A stretch of DNA of 38,771 nt from Chiloscyllium plagiosum (Eukaryota), in assembly GCF_004010195.1 (NCBI RefSeq), contig NC_057720.1, forward strand, positions 9,716,930 to 9,755,700. The letters run 5' to 3'. The position numbers and the translations under genes were made by a program. Positions 23,538-34,248 of this stretch are shown here, in pieces. Positions within the stretch are counted from its first letter, which is position 1. Each line of letters opens with the position of its first letter. The notes beneath the pieces are model-generated. The model had not been told where the DNA came from. It worked only from the letters and a program-made list of their open reading frames with translations, and made no database searches.

Positions 23538-23875
23538 GGAGGTGACAGACTGGCGGTGTAATCGCTATACTATTTATCCAAAGACCCAGATAATGCTCTG
23601 GAGACTTGGCTTTGAATCCTGCCACATCAGATGGTGGAATTCAAACTCAATAAAAATCTGGAATTGAGACTCTAATGATGTCTGTGAATCCGTTGCCAAT
23701 TATCATAAAAAACCATCTGGTTCACTGATTTCCTTTAGGGAAGGAAGCTGCCATCCTTACCTGGTCTGGCCGACATGTGACTCCAGACCCACAGCAATGT
23801 GGTTGACTCTTAACTGCCCTCTGGGGCAATGAGGGATGGGCAATAAATGCTGGCTTAATCCTGTGAATAAACAAA
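23538..23875 (+). mobile_element. Deu-domain SINE (SacSINE1-like)
   Basis: tRNA-like head (tggcggtgtaatcg ... ggctttgaatcc) and core ccatctggttcactgatttcctttagggaaggaagctgccatccttacctggtctggcc...gactccagacccacagcaatgtggttgactcttaactgccctctg. Confidence 0.8.
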
Positions 23876-24924
23876 AATCACAGTCCCAAGTTGGATCATT
23901 CAGTTAAAGTTGAAAGACTCCTTGGGATACTACAACTGGCTTCAGTGTTCCTGGGCTAGAAACAAACAGAATAAAATGAAAAACTATGGATGCTGGTGAG
24001 TTTCACCAATAATTTCTGTTTCTGCTTTAGAAAAAAAAGTCACTTGAATTTCTAAAGTGCTATCAAGCCCACTGGGAATCTCAAAGCATTTTACAACCAA
24101 TTAATTATTTTTTAAGTGTTATTCATCAGCAAATAGCAAGCTAGCAGTGTGATGGTGATCATATTAACTGTGTTTTTTAATATAACATTTGAAGGTTAAG
24201 GTCAAGATTAGGAAAGAACTCCCCACTCCTCTTCAAGATAATGCCACATCACCTTTAACGTCCACCCGAAAGAGCAGTTGGAGATTTAGTTTAGCTTCAC
24301 GCCAGAGACAGTCCCTCACACGAGGCAATATCCCACCAAGTATTCCGTTACAATTTCACCTCGGAGTTTGTTTGCTGGAGCAAAACTTGAATCCAGGATC
24401 GTGGAACCTGGAAAAGCCAAACAACAGAGGGCAGATGGAACAAAGACAGAGCATGCTGGAGAGACTTAGCAGATCAGGCAGTATCTACAGAGAGAGAAAA
24501 ACAGAGTTAACATTTTGAGACCAGTTTGACTCTACTGGATTGAGTCTCCCTCCTTGGAGTGGAGAAGCTGGGGGAAGATCTGACAGAGGTCACCAAAATC
24601 ATAAGGAGTCTGGACAGAGCAGATACAGAGAGACGCTTCCTGTTCCTTCTTCTTAAAGAAGACAGATCAATCTATTCCCCAAATGTTTCATCTTCTGCGC
24701 TGGAAACCTAATGTACATCCTAACTTACCCACTGGGATGACTGAAAGGAATAGACTATCTGAACATTTTATACCCCACTCATTTTGCAAATCTTCAACTT
24801 CTTTCAAATTCTGTGGGTTCTAATCTTGAATAAATTGAGGGTAGCTCCCCCAGTGGAGAAATAAGATCTCATCCCACATCCAGGCAACACTTCATCGTGT
24901 TCCATTAATTGATGATATATGCTT

Positions 24925-25245
24925 CACAAGAGGAGTCCAAAACGAGAGGACATGGGTTTAAGGTGAGAGGGGAAAAATTTAAAAAGGCCCTCAGGGGTAA
25001 CTTTTTCACACAGAAGCTAGTTGCATATCGAAGAAACCTGCAGAGGAAGTGGTGGAGGCTGGTACAATTCCACCATTTCAAAGGCATCTGGATGGATATA
25101 TGAATAGGAAGGATTTGGAGAGATATGGACTAAATGCTGGCCAATGGGACTGGGTCACATTAGGATATCTGGTCAGTGTGGATGGGTTGGATTGAAGGTT
25201 CTTTCTGAATCATGGAGTCATGCTGTATGACTCTGTGATTCTATA
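24925..25245 (+). mobile_element. CR1 LINE 3' fragment
   Basis: ESKTRGHGFKVRGEKFKKALRGNFFTQK, with tail tatgactctgtgattcta. Confidence 0.85.
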
Positions 25246-25331
25246 TGAATTGCTTTTGGAATGCAATGCATGTTGTTATGTAGACAAACATGGAAATCTG
25301 GTATCAGCAATACATCCAAACCATTAGTGCA

Positions 25332-26666
25332 TAGAGTCATCAAGTCATAGAGATGTACAGCACAGAATCAGATCCTTCTGTCCAACCCATTCATGCCAAC
25401 CAGTTATCACAACCTAATCTAGTCCCACTTGCCAGCAGTCAGCCCATATCCCTCAAAGCCTTCTTATTCATACACCCATCCAGATGTCTTTTAAATGTTG
25501 CAATTGCACTAACCTCCACCACTTCCTCTGGCAGCTCATTCCATACACATACTACACTCCAAGTGAAAAAGTTGCCCTTAGGTCTCTTTTATATCTTTCC
25601 CTTCTCACCCTGAACCTATGCCCTCTAGTTCTGGACTCCTTGACACCAAGAAAAAGACTTTGTCTATTTACTCTATCCATGCCCCTCATGATTTTGTAAA
25701 CCTCTATAAGGTCACCCCTCAGCTCCGATGCTCCAGGGAAAACAGCCCCAGCCTGTTCAGCCTTTCCCCATAGCTCAAATCCTCCAACCCTGGCAATATC
25801 TTTGTAAATCCTTTTTGAACCCTTTCACAACATCTTTCCGATAGGAAGGTGACCAGAATTGCACACAATGTTCCAACAGTGGTCAAACCAATGTCCTGTA
25901 CAGCCACAACGTGACCTCCCAATTCCTGTACTCAATACTCTGACAAATAAAAGAAAGCATACCAAACGCCTTCTTCACTATCCTATCTACCTGTGACTTC
26001 ACTTTCAAGGAGCTATGAACCTGAACTCCAATATCTCTTTGCTCAGCAACACTCCCTAGGACCTTACCATTTTATGTATAAGTCCTGCTAAGATTTGCTT
26101 TCCCAAAATGCAGCACTAAATTAATCTAAATTAAACTCCATCTGCCACTTCTCAGCCCATTGGCCCATCTGGTCCAGATCCTGTTGTAATCTGAGGTAAT
26201 CTTCTTCACTGTCCACTACACCTCCAATTTTGGTGTCATCAGCAAACTTACTAACTGTACCTCTTATGCTCGCATCCAAATCATTTATGTAAATGACAAA
26301 AAGTAGTGGACCCAGCACTGATCCTTGTGGCACTCCACTGGTCACAGGCCTCCAGTCTGAAAAACAGTCCTCCACCACCACCCTCAGTCTTCTGCCTTTG
26401 AGCCAGTTCTTTATCCACATTGTTAGTTCTCCTTGTATTCCATGAGATCTAACCTTGCTCACCAGTCTCCCATGGGGAACCTTGTCGAACGCCTTACTTA
26501 AGTCCATATAGATCACATCTACCGCCCTGCCCTCATCAATCCTCTTTGTTACTTCTTCAAAGAACTCGATCAAGTTTGTGAGACATGATTTCCCACGCAC
26601 AAAGCCATGTTGACTATCCCTAATCAGTCCTTGCCTTTCCAAATACATGTACATCCTGTCCCTCAA
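25332..26666 (-). mobile_element. 5'-truncated CR1 LINE with reverse-transcriptase domain
   Basis: ORF 26121-26666 contains SQHGFVRGKSCLTNL, VDVIYMDLSKAFDKVPH, GVPQGSVLGPLLF and KFADDTK. Tail (tagagtca)n at 25332-25352. Frameshifted or deleted downstream of 26121. Confidence 0.95.
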
Positions 26667-26695
26667 GTGTCTAGAAGTAATATCACTTGTCTCTT

Positions 26696-26733
26696 AATTC
26701 CTGATGAAGGGCTTTTGCCCGAAACGTCGATTT
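26696..26733 (+). ncRNA. Minimal type I hammerhead ribozyme motif in a PLE family D fragment (26702-26792)
   Basis: AATTC-CTGATGA-A-GGGC-TTTT-GCCC-GAAAC-GTC-GATTT with an intact core. The fragment is flanked by TSD ctcttaattcc (26691-26701, 26793-26803). It lies on the sense strand of ADGRL4 intron 1. Confidence 0.7.
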
Positions 26734-26803
26734 TCCTGCTCCTCGGATGCTGCCTGACCTGCTGTGCTTTTCCAGCATCAATCTGATCTAGACTCTTAAT
26801 TCC

Positions 26804-27083
26804 GAGAATCTGGAGACTGGGGTTGAAATCCTGCTGTGGCAGATGGTGGAAATAAAATGTGCTTTGGAAAAATAATCTGGAATTAAGAGCTTAATGACGA
26901 TTGTGAAGCTGTTGCCAATTATTCGAAAAGCCCATCTGCTTCATTGTTGTTCTTTCGGGAAGAAATCTGCTACCTTTACCTAGTCTGGCCAATATGTGAC
27001 TCCAGACCCACTGCAATGTCGCTGACTTCAGCTGCCCTCAGCGCAATTAAAGTTGGGCAATAATTGCTGGCTCCCATCTCCTG
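26804..27083 (+). mobile_element. Deu-domain SINE (SacSINE1-like)
   Basis: Homologous to 23538-23875 (gtggcagatggtggaa; tgtgactccagacccactgcaatgt; gggcaataattgctgg). Confidence 0.75.
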
Positions 27084-27084
27084 A

Positions 27085-30000
27085 GAAAGAATTGGGGTGG
27101 AATTTGCCCACTCAGTTGTCAGGGCATAAGGAGTATAGTAGAGGGCTGGAACACAGCCTTGAAGGGCACTGGTAATGAAGATTGTGCTGGAGGAGAATTG
27201 TTGCCTCTTCTTACTGATTGTGGTCAACGGGTCAGAAAGTTGAAGATCTAAAGACAGAGGGTACGCTGAGATCTAGATCTTGGAGTTTAGAGATGAGTTT
27301 TGTCTGGGATTATGGTGTTGGAGGCAGAACTGTAGTCAATAAGTAAGAGACTGACATAGGTATTCTCATTATCCAGAAGTTCCAGGGATGAGTATAGGGA
27401 CAAGGAGGTGGCATCTGCCATGGACCTGTTGCGACGCTAGGTGAATTGCAAAAGATCGAGGCAATTTGGGAGGCTGGAGTTGATGTGAGCCATGACTAAC
27501 CTCTTGAAGCACTGCATAATGATGGAGGTCAGAGTGGTAGCTATTGAGGCACGCTGTGAGATTTTTCTTCAGCAGCACGATGATGATGGCCTTCTTGAAG
27601 CAGGTGGGCACTTTGGTTCATAGTAAGGAGAGATTAAAGATGTCAGAAAATACTTCCACCAGCTGGTCCACACAGGATCTGAGTGCACGGTCAGGGACTC
27701 CATCAGGGCCTGTCACTTTCCGTAAGTTCACTGTCAAGAAGACCAATCTAATGTCTGTGGTGGTGACAGCGCGTACAGGAACATCTGAGGCTCTCAGGAT
27801 GGGTGATAACATTTCACTGATCTTCTGTTTAAAGAAAACATAGAATGCAATGAGTGCATTGGGTTGGGATGTATTGTTACCTATGATTTTGTCTGGCTTC
27901 ACATTGTAGTCCATTATGCCGTGTAAGCCCTGCCACAGCCAATGGGTGTCCGTGTGGTTAGTCTGGGTTTCAAACGTGGTTTGGTATTGCCTCCTTGTAC
28001 CTCTGGTGGCCTCATGAAGGTCATACCTGGATTTCCTGTATAGTTCAGTGCCGCACAACCTGAACGCCTCAGACCTGGACTTCAGGAGAGAGTGGATCTC
28101 CCAGTTCAGCCCTGGTTTCCAGTTGGGGGACATTCGGATTAATTGCTTTGGCACACACTCTTCGACACACTTACTGATGAAGTCTGTGATGGTACTTGCA
28201 TACCCGTTTAGGGTGGCCACTGAGTTGTGTAATATGGACCAAACAATCAACTACAAGCAGTCCCATACAAGCCCTTCTATTGCCATAGACTTACACTGCA
28301 CTACTTTCTGTACTGAGTCCTCCCATTGCCTCAGACTAACACTGCATTACTTTCTGTACTGGGTCCTCCCAATGTCTCAGACTAACACTGTGCTACTTTC
28401 GTACGAGGTCCTCCCATTGCCTCAGACTAACACTGCACAGCTTTCTGTACTGAGTCCTCCCATTGCCTCAGACTAACACTGTGCTACTTTCTGTACTGGG
28501 TCCTCCCATTGCCTCAGACTAACACTGCGCTACTTTCTGCACCGAGTCCTCCCATTGTCTCAGACTAACACTGCTCTACTTTCTGCACTGAGTCCTGCCA
28601 TTGCCTCAGACTAACACTGCTCTACTTTCTGTACTGAGTCCTCCTATTGCCTCAGACTAACACTGCACTACTTTCTGTACTAGGTCCTCCCAATGTCTCA
28701 GACTAACACTGCGCTACTTTCTGCACTGAGTCCTCCCATTGCCTCAGACTAACACTGTGCTACTTTCTGTACTAGGTCCTCACATTGCCTCAGACTAACA
28801 TTGCACTACTTTCTGCACTAATGCCTCCCATTGCCTCAGACTAACACTGCGCTACTTTCTGCACTGAGTCCTCCCATTGTCTCAGACTAACACTGCACTA
28901 CTTTCTGCACTAATGCCTCCCATTGCCTCAGACTAACACTGCACTACTTTCTGCACTGGGTCCTCACATTGCCTCAGACTAACACTGCTCTACTTTCTGC
29001 ACTGAGTCCTGCCATTGCCTCAGACTTACACTGCACTACTTTCTGAACTGGGTCCTCACATTGCCTCAGACTAACATTGCGCTACTTTCTGTACTGGGTC
29101 CTCCCATTGCCTCAAACTAACACTGTGCTGCTTTCTGCACTTAGTCCTCCCATTGCCTCAGACTAACACTGCACTACTTTCTGCACTGGGTCCTCACATT
29201 GCCTCAAACTAACACTGCACTACTTTCTGTACTGAGTCCTCCCATTGCCTCAGACTAACACTGCATTAGTTTCTGTACTGAGTCCCCCCATTGCCTCAGA
29301 CTTACACTGCACTACTTTCTGTACTGAGTCCTCCCATTGCCTCAGACTAACACTGCATTAGTTTCTGTACTGAGTCCCCCCATTGCCTCAGACTAACACT
29401 GCACTACTTTCTGTACTGGGTCCTCACATTGCCTCAGACTAACACTGCATTAGTTTCTGTACTGAGTCCCCCCATTGCCTCAGACTAACACTGCACTACT
29501 TTCTGCACTGAGTCCTGCCATTGCCTCAGACTAACACTGCACTACTTTCTGTGCTGGGTCCTCACATTGCCTCAGACTAACACTGCACTACTTTCTGTGC
29601 TGGGTCCTCCCATTGCCTCAGACTAACACTGCATTAGTTTCTGCACTGGGTCCTCCCATTGCCTCAGACTAACGCTGCACTAGCTTCTGTGCTGGGTCCT
29701 CACGATACAGTTTCTGAATTTAAAGGTGGGAGGAGGAGCACAGCGTCGTAATCTGATTTTCCAAACAATGGAGCAGTCGGCATCTTTGATTGGATAGCAA
29801 TGGTCAAGGATGTTCGGACCTATGGTGGGACAGGAACCACATCGATGTATTTTAGTAGCCCACCCCACAGAGGTTGAAGTCACTGGATATGATAATGAGG
29901 ACTCAAGGTATTCTGTCTCAAGTCTGTTTGTAGCTTTGTATACTTTGTCAAGTGCACTCTTCACTTCCACGTGGGGTGGGATGTAGACACTGTCAGGATA

Positions 30001-30850
30001 GTGGGAGGTGAACCATGCAGCAAGGAGTTGGGACAGCACTTCACTGTTAGATATTCTAGGTCCAGGGAGCAGTAACACACCAGAGTCACCATGTCTGACA
30101 CCAGGAGGTGTTGGTTTTTGAGACAGACCTCACTGGTCTCGCCTTGCCCGAGGATACTGTGCAGTCCATTTGGTGAACTGAGAAACCCTCAGGGTATAGG
30201 ACGCAGTCCGGTGTAGCAGGAGTGAGCCGTGTCTCTGTGAAACAGAGCACACAGCACTCTCAGGTCCCTTTGGAAGCTGAGTCCAGCTTTAAGATCATCC
30301 CTTTTACTCTGAATGGTTTGGATATTTGCCGGTAGTACACTGGGGAGGAGAACGATAAACACCGTAGTTTCAGCCTCATCTGAATTCCGGTGCCTCTCCC
30401 ACATTTCCTGGGGAGGTGGCTGGCCTCTTTCGACCTCGAGCATCGGTGAGGGAGGTCTTCTGCTCCAAGGAGTAAGGGTATGTTCTCTTGATGGGGTCAT
30501 GGGCACCAGTAACAGCCTTGAGCATTCCAGGGCAGGGTGGGGTCTTGAGGTCAGTCTAGTTGGACTCCCTTGACGCCAGATCTCCATGAGGTCAGGTGTT
30601 GTTCCCGCGCTGGTCAGGCTACGGTTTTGGGTTTTGCATGAGGAGGTCAGACTTGCGAGAAGCTGGTCGGCCCTTCGTCCCTGAGCGTCTGCTTCCAGTA
30701 CCAGCGGTCAAGCTCTGTCAGTTGTAGAGTCTTTAAACTTGAAAGGGGATTTAAGATCCTTTGCTTTGACTCTTTGGTGCTTCCCACCATAACAGCTGCC
30801 TCTCCGTCTGCAAGACGTGGTGACTGAAAACTGAACACTGAAGATCCTGG
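27085..30850 (-). mobile_element. Degenerate Rex1/Babar LINE (5' region, AP endonuclease, RT), interrupted by a minisatellite
   Basis: Collinear minus-strand pieces: [72 protein letters not shown]...[18 protein letters not shown]...[23 protein letters not shown]. Numerous frameshifts. Confidence 0.88.
28272..29703. repeat. 46-bp minisatellite, ~31 copies
   Basis: Unit CACTGCACTACTTTCTGTACTGAGTCCTCCCATTGCCTCAGACTAA; period 46 (e.g. actaac ends at 28340 and 28386). Head-to-tail copies with point variants and no spacers. Confidence 0.97.
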
Positions 30851-30984
30851 GCGCTAGAAAGCAATGCAAGTCACATAAAGGTTAGGAATGGGCAATGAAT
30901 GCTGGCCCAGTCAGTAACACCCACATCCCATGAGCAAATTTATTTTTAAAATCCCGGGAGTAGCTAAGACAGCAAGACCATGAA

Positions 30985-31372
30985 GAACATAAGGACTAAA
31001 AAGAGTAGGCCACTCAGCTCTTCAATCCCATTCCATCACCCATTAGGATCATGGCTGATCTCATCTCAGCCTCAACTCCACTTTCCTATCTGCTCTCTAT
31101 AAATCTTCAACCCATGACCAATTAACAAACTGTCTGTCTGTCTCCATGAACTCATTCACTGTCCCAGCATGCACCGCACTCTGGGATAAAGAATTCCACA
31201 GATTTACCACCCTCTGAGAGGGGTAAATCCTCCTCATCTCTGTTTTAAATCTTCCATCCTTTATCCTAAAACCATGACCCCTTGTTCAAGATTGCCCCAC
31301 AGGAGAAAATACCCTCCCTATATTCACTTTGTCAATCCCCTTTAGTATATTATATGCCTCAATTAGATGCAT
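30985..31372 (-). mobile_element. Old CR1 3' fragment
   Basis: gatcatggctgatctcatctcagcctcaactccactttcc ... gaattccacagatttaccaccctctgagag ... ctcctcatctctgttttaaat. Confidence 0.7.
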
Positions 31373-31618
31373 TCCATTCAGATATATGAAAGGGTGGCAC
31401 GGTGGGTCAGTGCTCAGCACTGCCACCTCCTAATGCCAGGGATCCTGGTGTAACTCCATCCCCAGGCAACTGTCTGTGTAGAGTTTTCACATTCTCCCCA
31501 TGTCTGCATGGGATTCCTCCCATAGGAGAAAGTGAGGGCTGCAGATGCTGGAGATCAGAGCTGAAAAATGTGTTGCTGGAAAAGTGCAGCTGGTCAGGCA
31601 GCATCCAAGGAGCAGGAG

Positions 31619-31655
31619 AATCGACGTTTCGGGCATAAGCCCTTCTTCAGGAATG
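31619..31655 (-). ncRNA. Minimal type I hammerhead ribozyme motif in the PLE 3' terminal repeat
   Basis: Minus strand reads CATTC-CTGAAGA-A-GGGC-TTAT-GCCC-GAAAC-GTC-GATT, on the same strand as and downstream of the PLE ORF. Confidence 0.72.
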
Positions 31656-31738
31656 AGGAGGGTGTGCCAAGCAGGCTAAGATAAAAGGTAGGGAGAAGGG
31701 ACTTGGGGGAGGGGCGTTGGGAATGCGATAGGTGGAAG

Positions 31739-32069
31739 NNNNNNNNNNNNNNNNNNNNNNNNNNNNNNNNNNNNNNNNNNNNNNNNNNNNNNNNNNNNNN
31801 NNNNNNNNNNNNNNNNNNNNNNNNNNNNNNNNNNNNNNNNNNNNNNNNNNNNNNNNNNNNNNNNNNNNNNNNNNNNNNNNNNNNNNNNNNNNNNNNNNNN
31901 NNNNNNNNNNNNNNNNNNNNNNNNNNNNNNNNNNNNNNNNNNNNNNNNNNNNNNNNNNNNNNNNNNNNNNNNNNNNNNNNNNNNNNNNNNNNNNNNNNNN
32001 NNNNNNNNNNNNNNNNNNNNNNNNNNNNNNNNNNNNNNNNNNNNNNNNNNNNNNNNNNNNNNNNNNNNN
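31739..32069. other. Assembly gap (331 N)
   Basis: Run of N inside the Penelope element. Confidence 1.
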
Positions 32070-33653
32070 GAGGGAGTCACAGAGGGAGTGGTCTTTCTGG
32101 AATGCTGATAGGGGAGGGGAGGGAAATATATCCTTGGTGGTGGGGTCTGTTTGGAGGTGGCGGAAATGACGAAGGATGATACGATGTATCTGGAGGTTGG
32201 TGAGGTGGTAGGTGAGGACCAGTGGGGTTCTGTCCTGGTGGCAGTTGGAGGGATGAGGTTCAAGGGCGGAGGAGCGGGAAGTGGAGGAGATGCGATGGAG
32301 AGCATCGTCAACCACATCTGAGGGGAAATTGCAGTCTTTGAAGAAGGAGGCCATCTGAGTTGTTCGGTGTTGGAACTGGTCCTCCTGGGAGCAGATGCGG
32401 CGGAGGCGAAGAAATTGGGAATATGAGATGGCATTTTTACAGGGGGCAGGATGGGAGGAGGTGTAGTCCAGGTAGCTGTGGGAGTCGGTCGGTTTATAGT
32501 AAATGCCTGTGTTGAGTCGGTCGCCCGAGATAGAAATGGAGAGGTTTAGGAAAGGGAGGGAGGAGGACTGATTCTCCTGTTCCTTGGATGCATTCCTCCC
32601 ATAGTCCAAAGATGTGCAGGTTGGAGTGGATTGGTCATGCTAAATTGCCCCAGAGTATACAGGGATGTGCAGGTTAGGTGGGCTCAGTGGTTAGCACAGC
32701 GCCAGGGACCCGGGTTTGATTCCCACCTCGGGCGACTGTCTATGTGGATTTTGCACATTCTCCCCGTATCTGCGTGGGATTCCTCCGGGTGCTCTGGTTT
32801 CCTCCCACAGTTCAAAAATGTGCAGGTTAGGGTCAATTGGCTGTGCTAAATTGCCCATAGTGTTAAGTGCATGGGTCAGGGGTAAATCTAGGGGAGTGGA
32901 TTTCTATTTGAAGGGTCAGTGTGGATTTGTTGGGCCAAATGGCCTGTTTCCACACTGGATGGAATCTAATAAATAACTAAATAATGTGGGATTACAGGGA
33001 TAGTGTAAAGGACTGGATCTGGTGGGATGGTCTTTGGAGGGTTGATGGGACATAAGGTTTGCTTCCACACTATAGGGAATTCTATGAAATATGTTTTTGT
33101 CCCTGCCTGCAAAGTGACCTAGCAGAAGGATGCAAGTCCTGGTTATCACTGAGCTTCGGAGGAAGTGTTGAAGGCTTCAAAATGGTTTCTGAGTGACCCG
33201 AGAGCAGGAGGGACAATACAGTGAGACTGCTAGTTCACCACTACCCACTTACATAGACCATGGATCGAGGAGGATTCACCCATGGATCATGAAGTGACAT
33301 TGTGCAGAGATTGCAGTTGTATGGTAACGGAGCAGGCCATCAGTGAATTGCTCAGATTTACATGTCAGGAATTTGCGGCACTTTCCTGTCAGAGGATAGT
33401 GAATCCGTTGAATTCTGAAGCACAGAGAGCTGTCAAGGCTGGAATCAAGGGTTCTGTGGAAGAAGCAGGAAACTGGAGTTAAACATTATCAGATCAACCA
33501 TGATCTCATCGAATGGTGGAGCAGACTCAATGGGCTGAATGGTCTGCTCCTACTTATATGTCAGATGGAGTTATGGCCTATTTTCTCATTGAAAGAGAAG
33601 AGAGTTGTAAGTCACGTATGATTTCGTGGTTTGGAGCTTTAATCAGTTGCAAA

Positions 33654-33882
33654 TGAAACAAATCCACCGAGGCCAATATCCCATCATCAGATTATTTAAA
33701 CATGGAGAGTTCTTGACACTGATCCAGCTCCCTCAGAGTCAGCTCTCAGAGTGAACAGAACCTCTGACCCTCCTCGTTATATTGGTTAGCCAGGGCTCCC
33801 TTACTGGACCAGGTTAGCAGCCCCAATCAGGGAGCTCATATTCTATGAGATCCACCTAGTTTACCTCATTACATTCACTCCA
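33654..33882 (-). mobile_element. Solo LTR (229 bp)
   Basis: TG...CA termini with a 5-bp direct repeat gcaaa at 33649-33653 and 33883-33887. The minus strand has a TATA-like aatataa and, further downstream, an aaataa. Confidence 0.55.
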
Positions 33883-34248
33883 GCAAATATATAGAAATAA
33901 GGTCATCACTGCTCAGTGGCAGGTGTCTGAAGTCACTACTTAAGATTTAAGCGGAAAAAAATTTCTCAACAGCGAGAATTGAAGACTTCATTCTTGTCCT
34001 ATTTTCCTCCTATAGAACACTTACTCATTGCAGGGATAGTAACATTCCATCCATTGTACACACTGAATGGCCTCATATTAAGCTACGTTATCCTGACTGG
34101 CACACAGAATTCTAATGTATCTTTGAATTAGATGTAAAAGTGATTCAAGACACGATGGAATGCTTCAATCACCACACTACAGCCATTTGAATTGGAATCC
34201 TTGATGTTCCATTGAGTGTCCTTCATCCTTGTTGTTTTTTTCCCACAG

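Larger units (their letters stand above)
31526..32591 (-). mobile_element. 5'-truncated Penelope-like element (RT C-terminus/thumb and linker) with 13-bp TSD, spanning an assembly gap
   Basis: Minus ORF SLPFLNLSISISGDRLNTGIYYKPTDSHSYLDYTSSHPAPCKNAISYSQFLRLRRICS...RTPLVLTYH is a PLE RT C-terminus. Perfect TSD attcctcccatag at 31513-31525 and 32592-32604. Confidence 0.9.
31392..33086 (+). mobile_element. HE1-type SINE split by a Penelope element and by a second HE1 SINE (~32680-32975)
   Basis: Head 31392-31525; body resumes at 32592; a second head ggctcagtggttagcacagcgccagggacccggg starts ~32681; final tail cacactatagggaattctatga at ~33086. Confidence 0.75.
14404..34248 (+). other. ADGRL4: ADGRL4 intron 1 (~19.8 kb, GT-AG, transposon-filled)
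   Basis: GT donor at 14404 and AG acceptor at 34247-34248 with compatible phase 1. I recognised no intervening coding exon. Confidence 0.7.

Noticed and set aside
26121..26666. Stand-alone reverse transcriptase gene (retron/DGR-like system)
   Set aside because: The motifs (QHGF, KAFDKVPH, GVPQGSVLGP, FADD) and the downstream 3'UTR/tail identify a truncated CR1 ORF2.
28272..29703. CRISPR-like array
   Set aside because: Units are contiguous with no unique spacers, there are no cas genes, the context is eukaryotic, and the unit derives from Rex1 coding sequence.
31647..32434. Long ORFs spanning 31.6-32.6 kb as host genes
   Set aside because: Their length is inflated by the N gap; the real coding part is Penelope RT.
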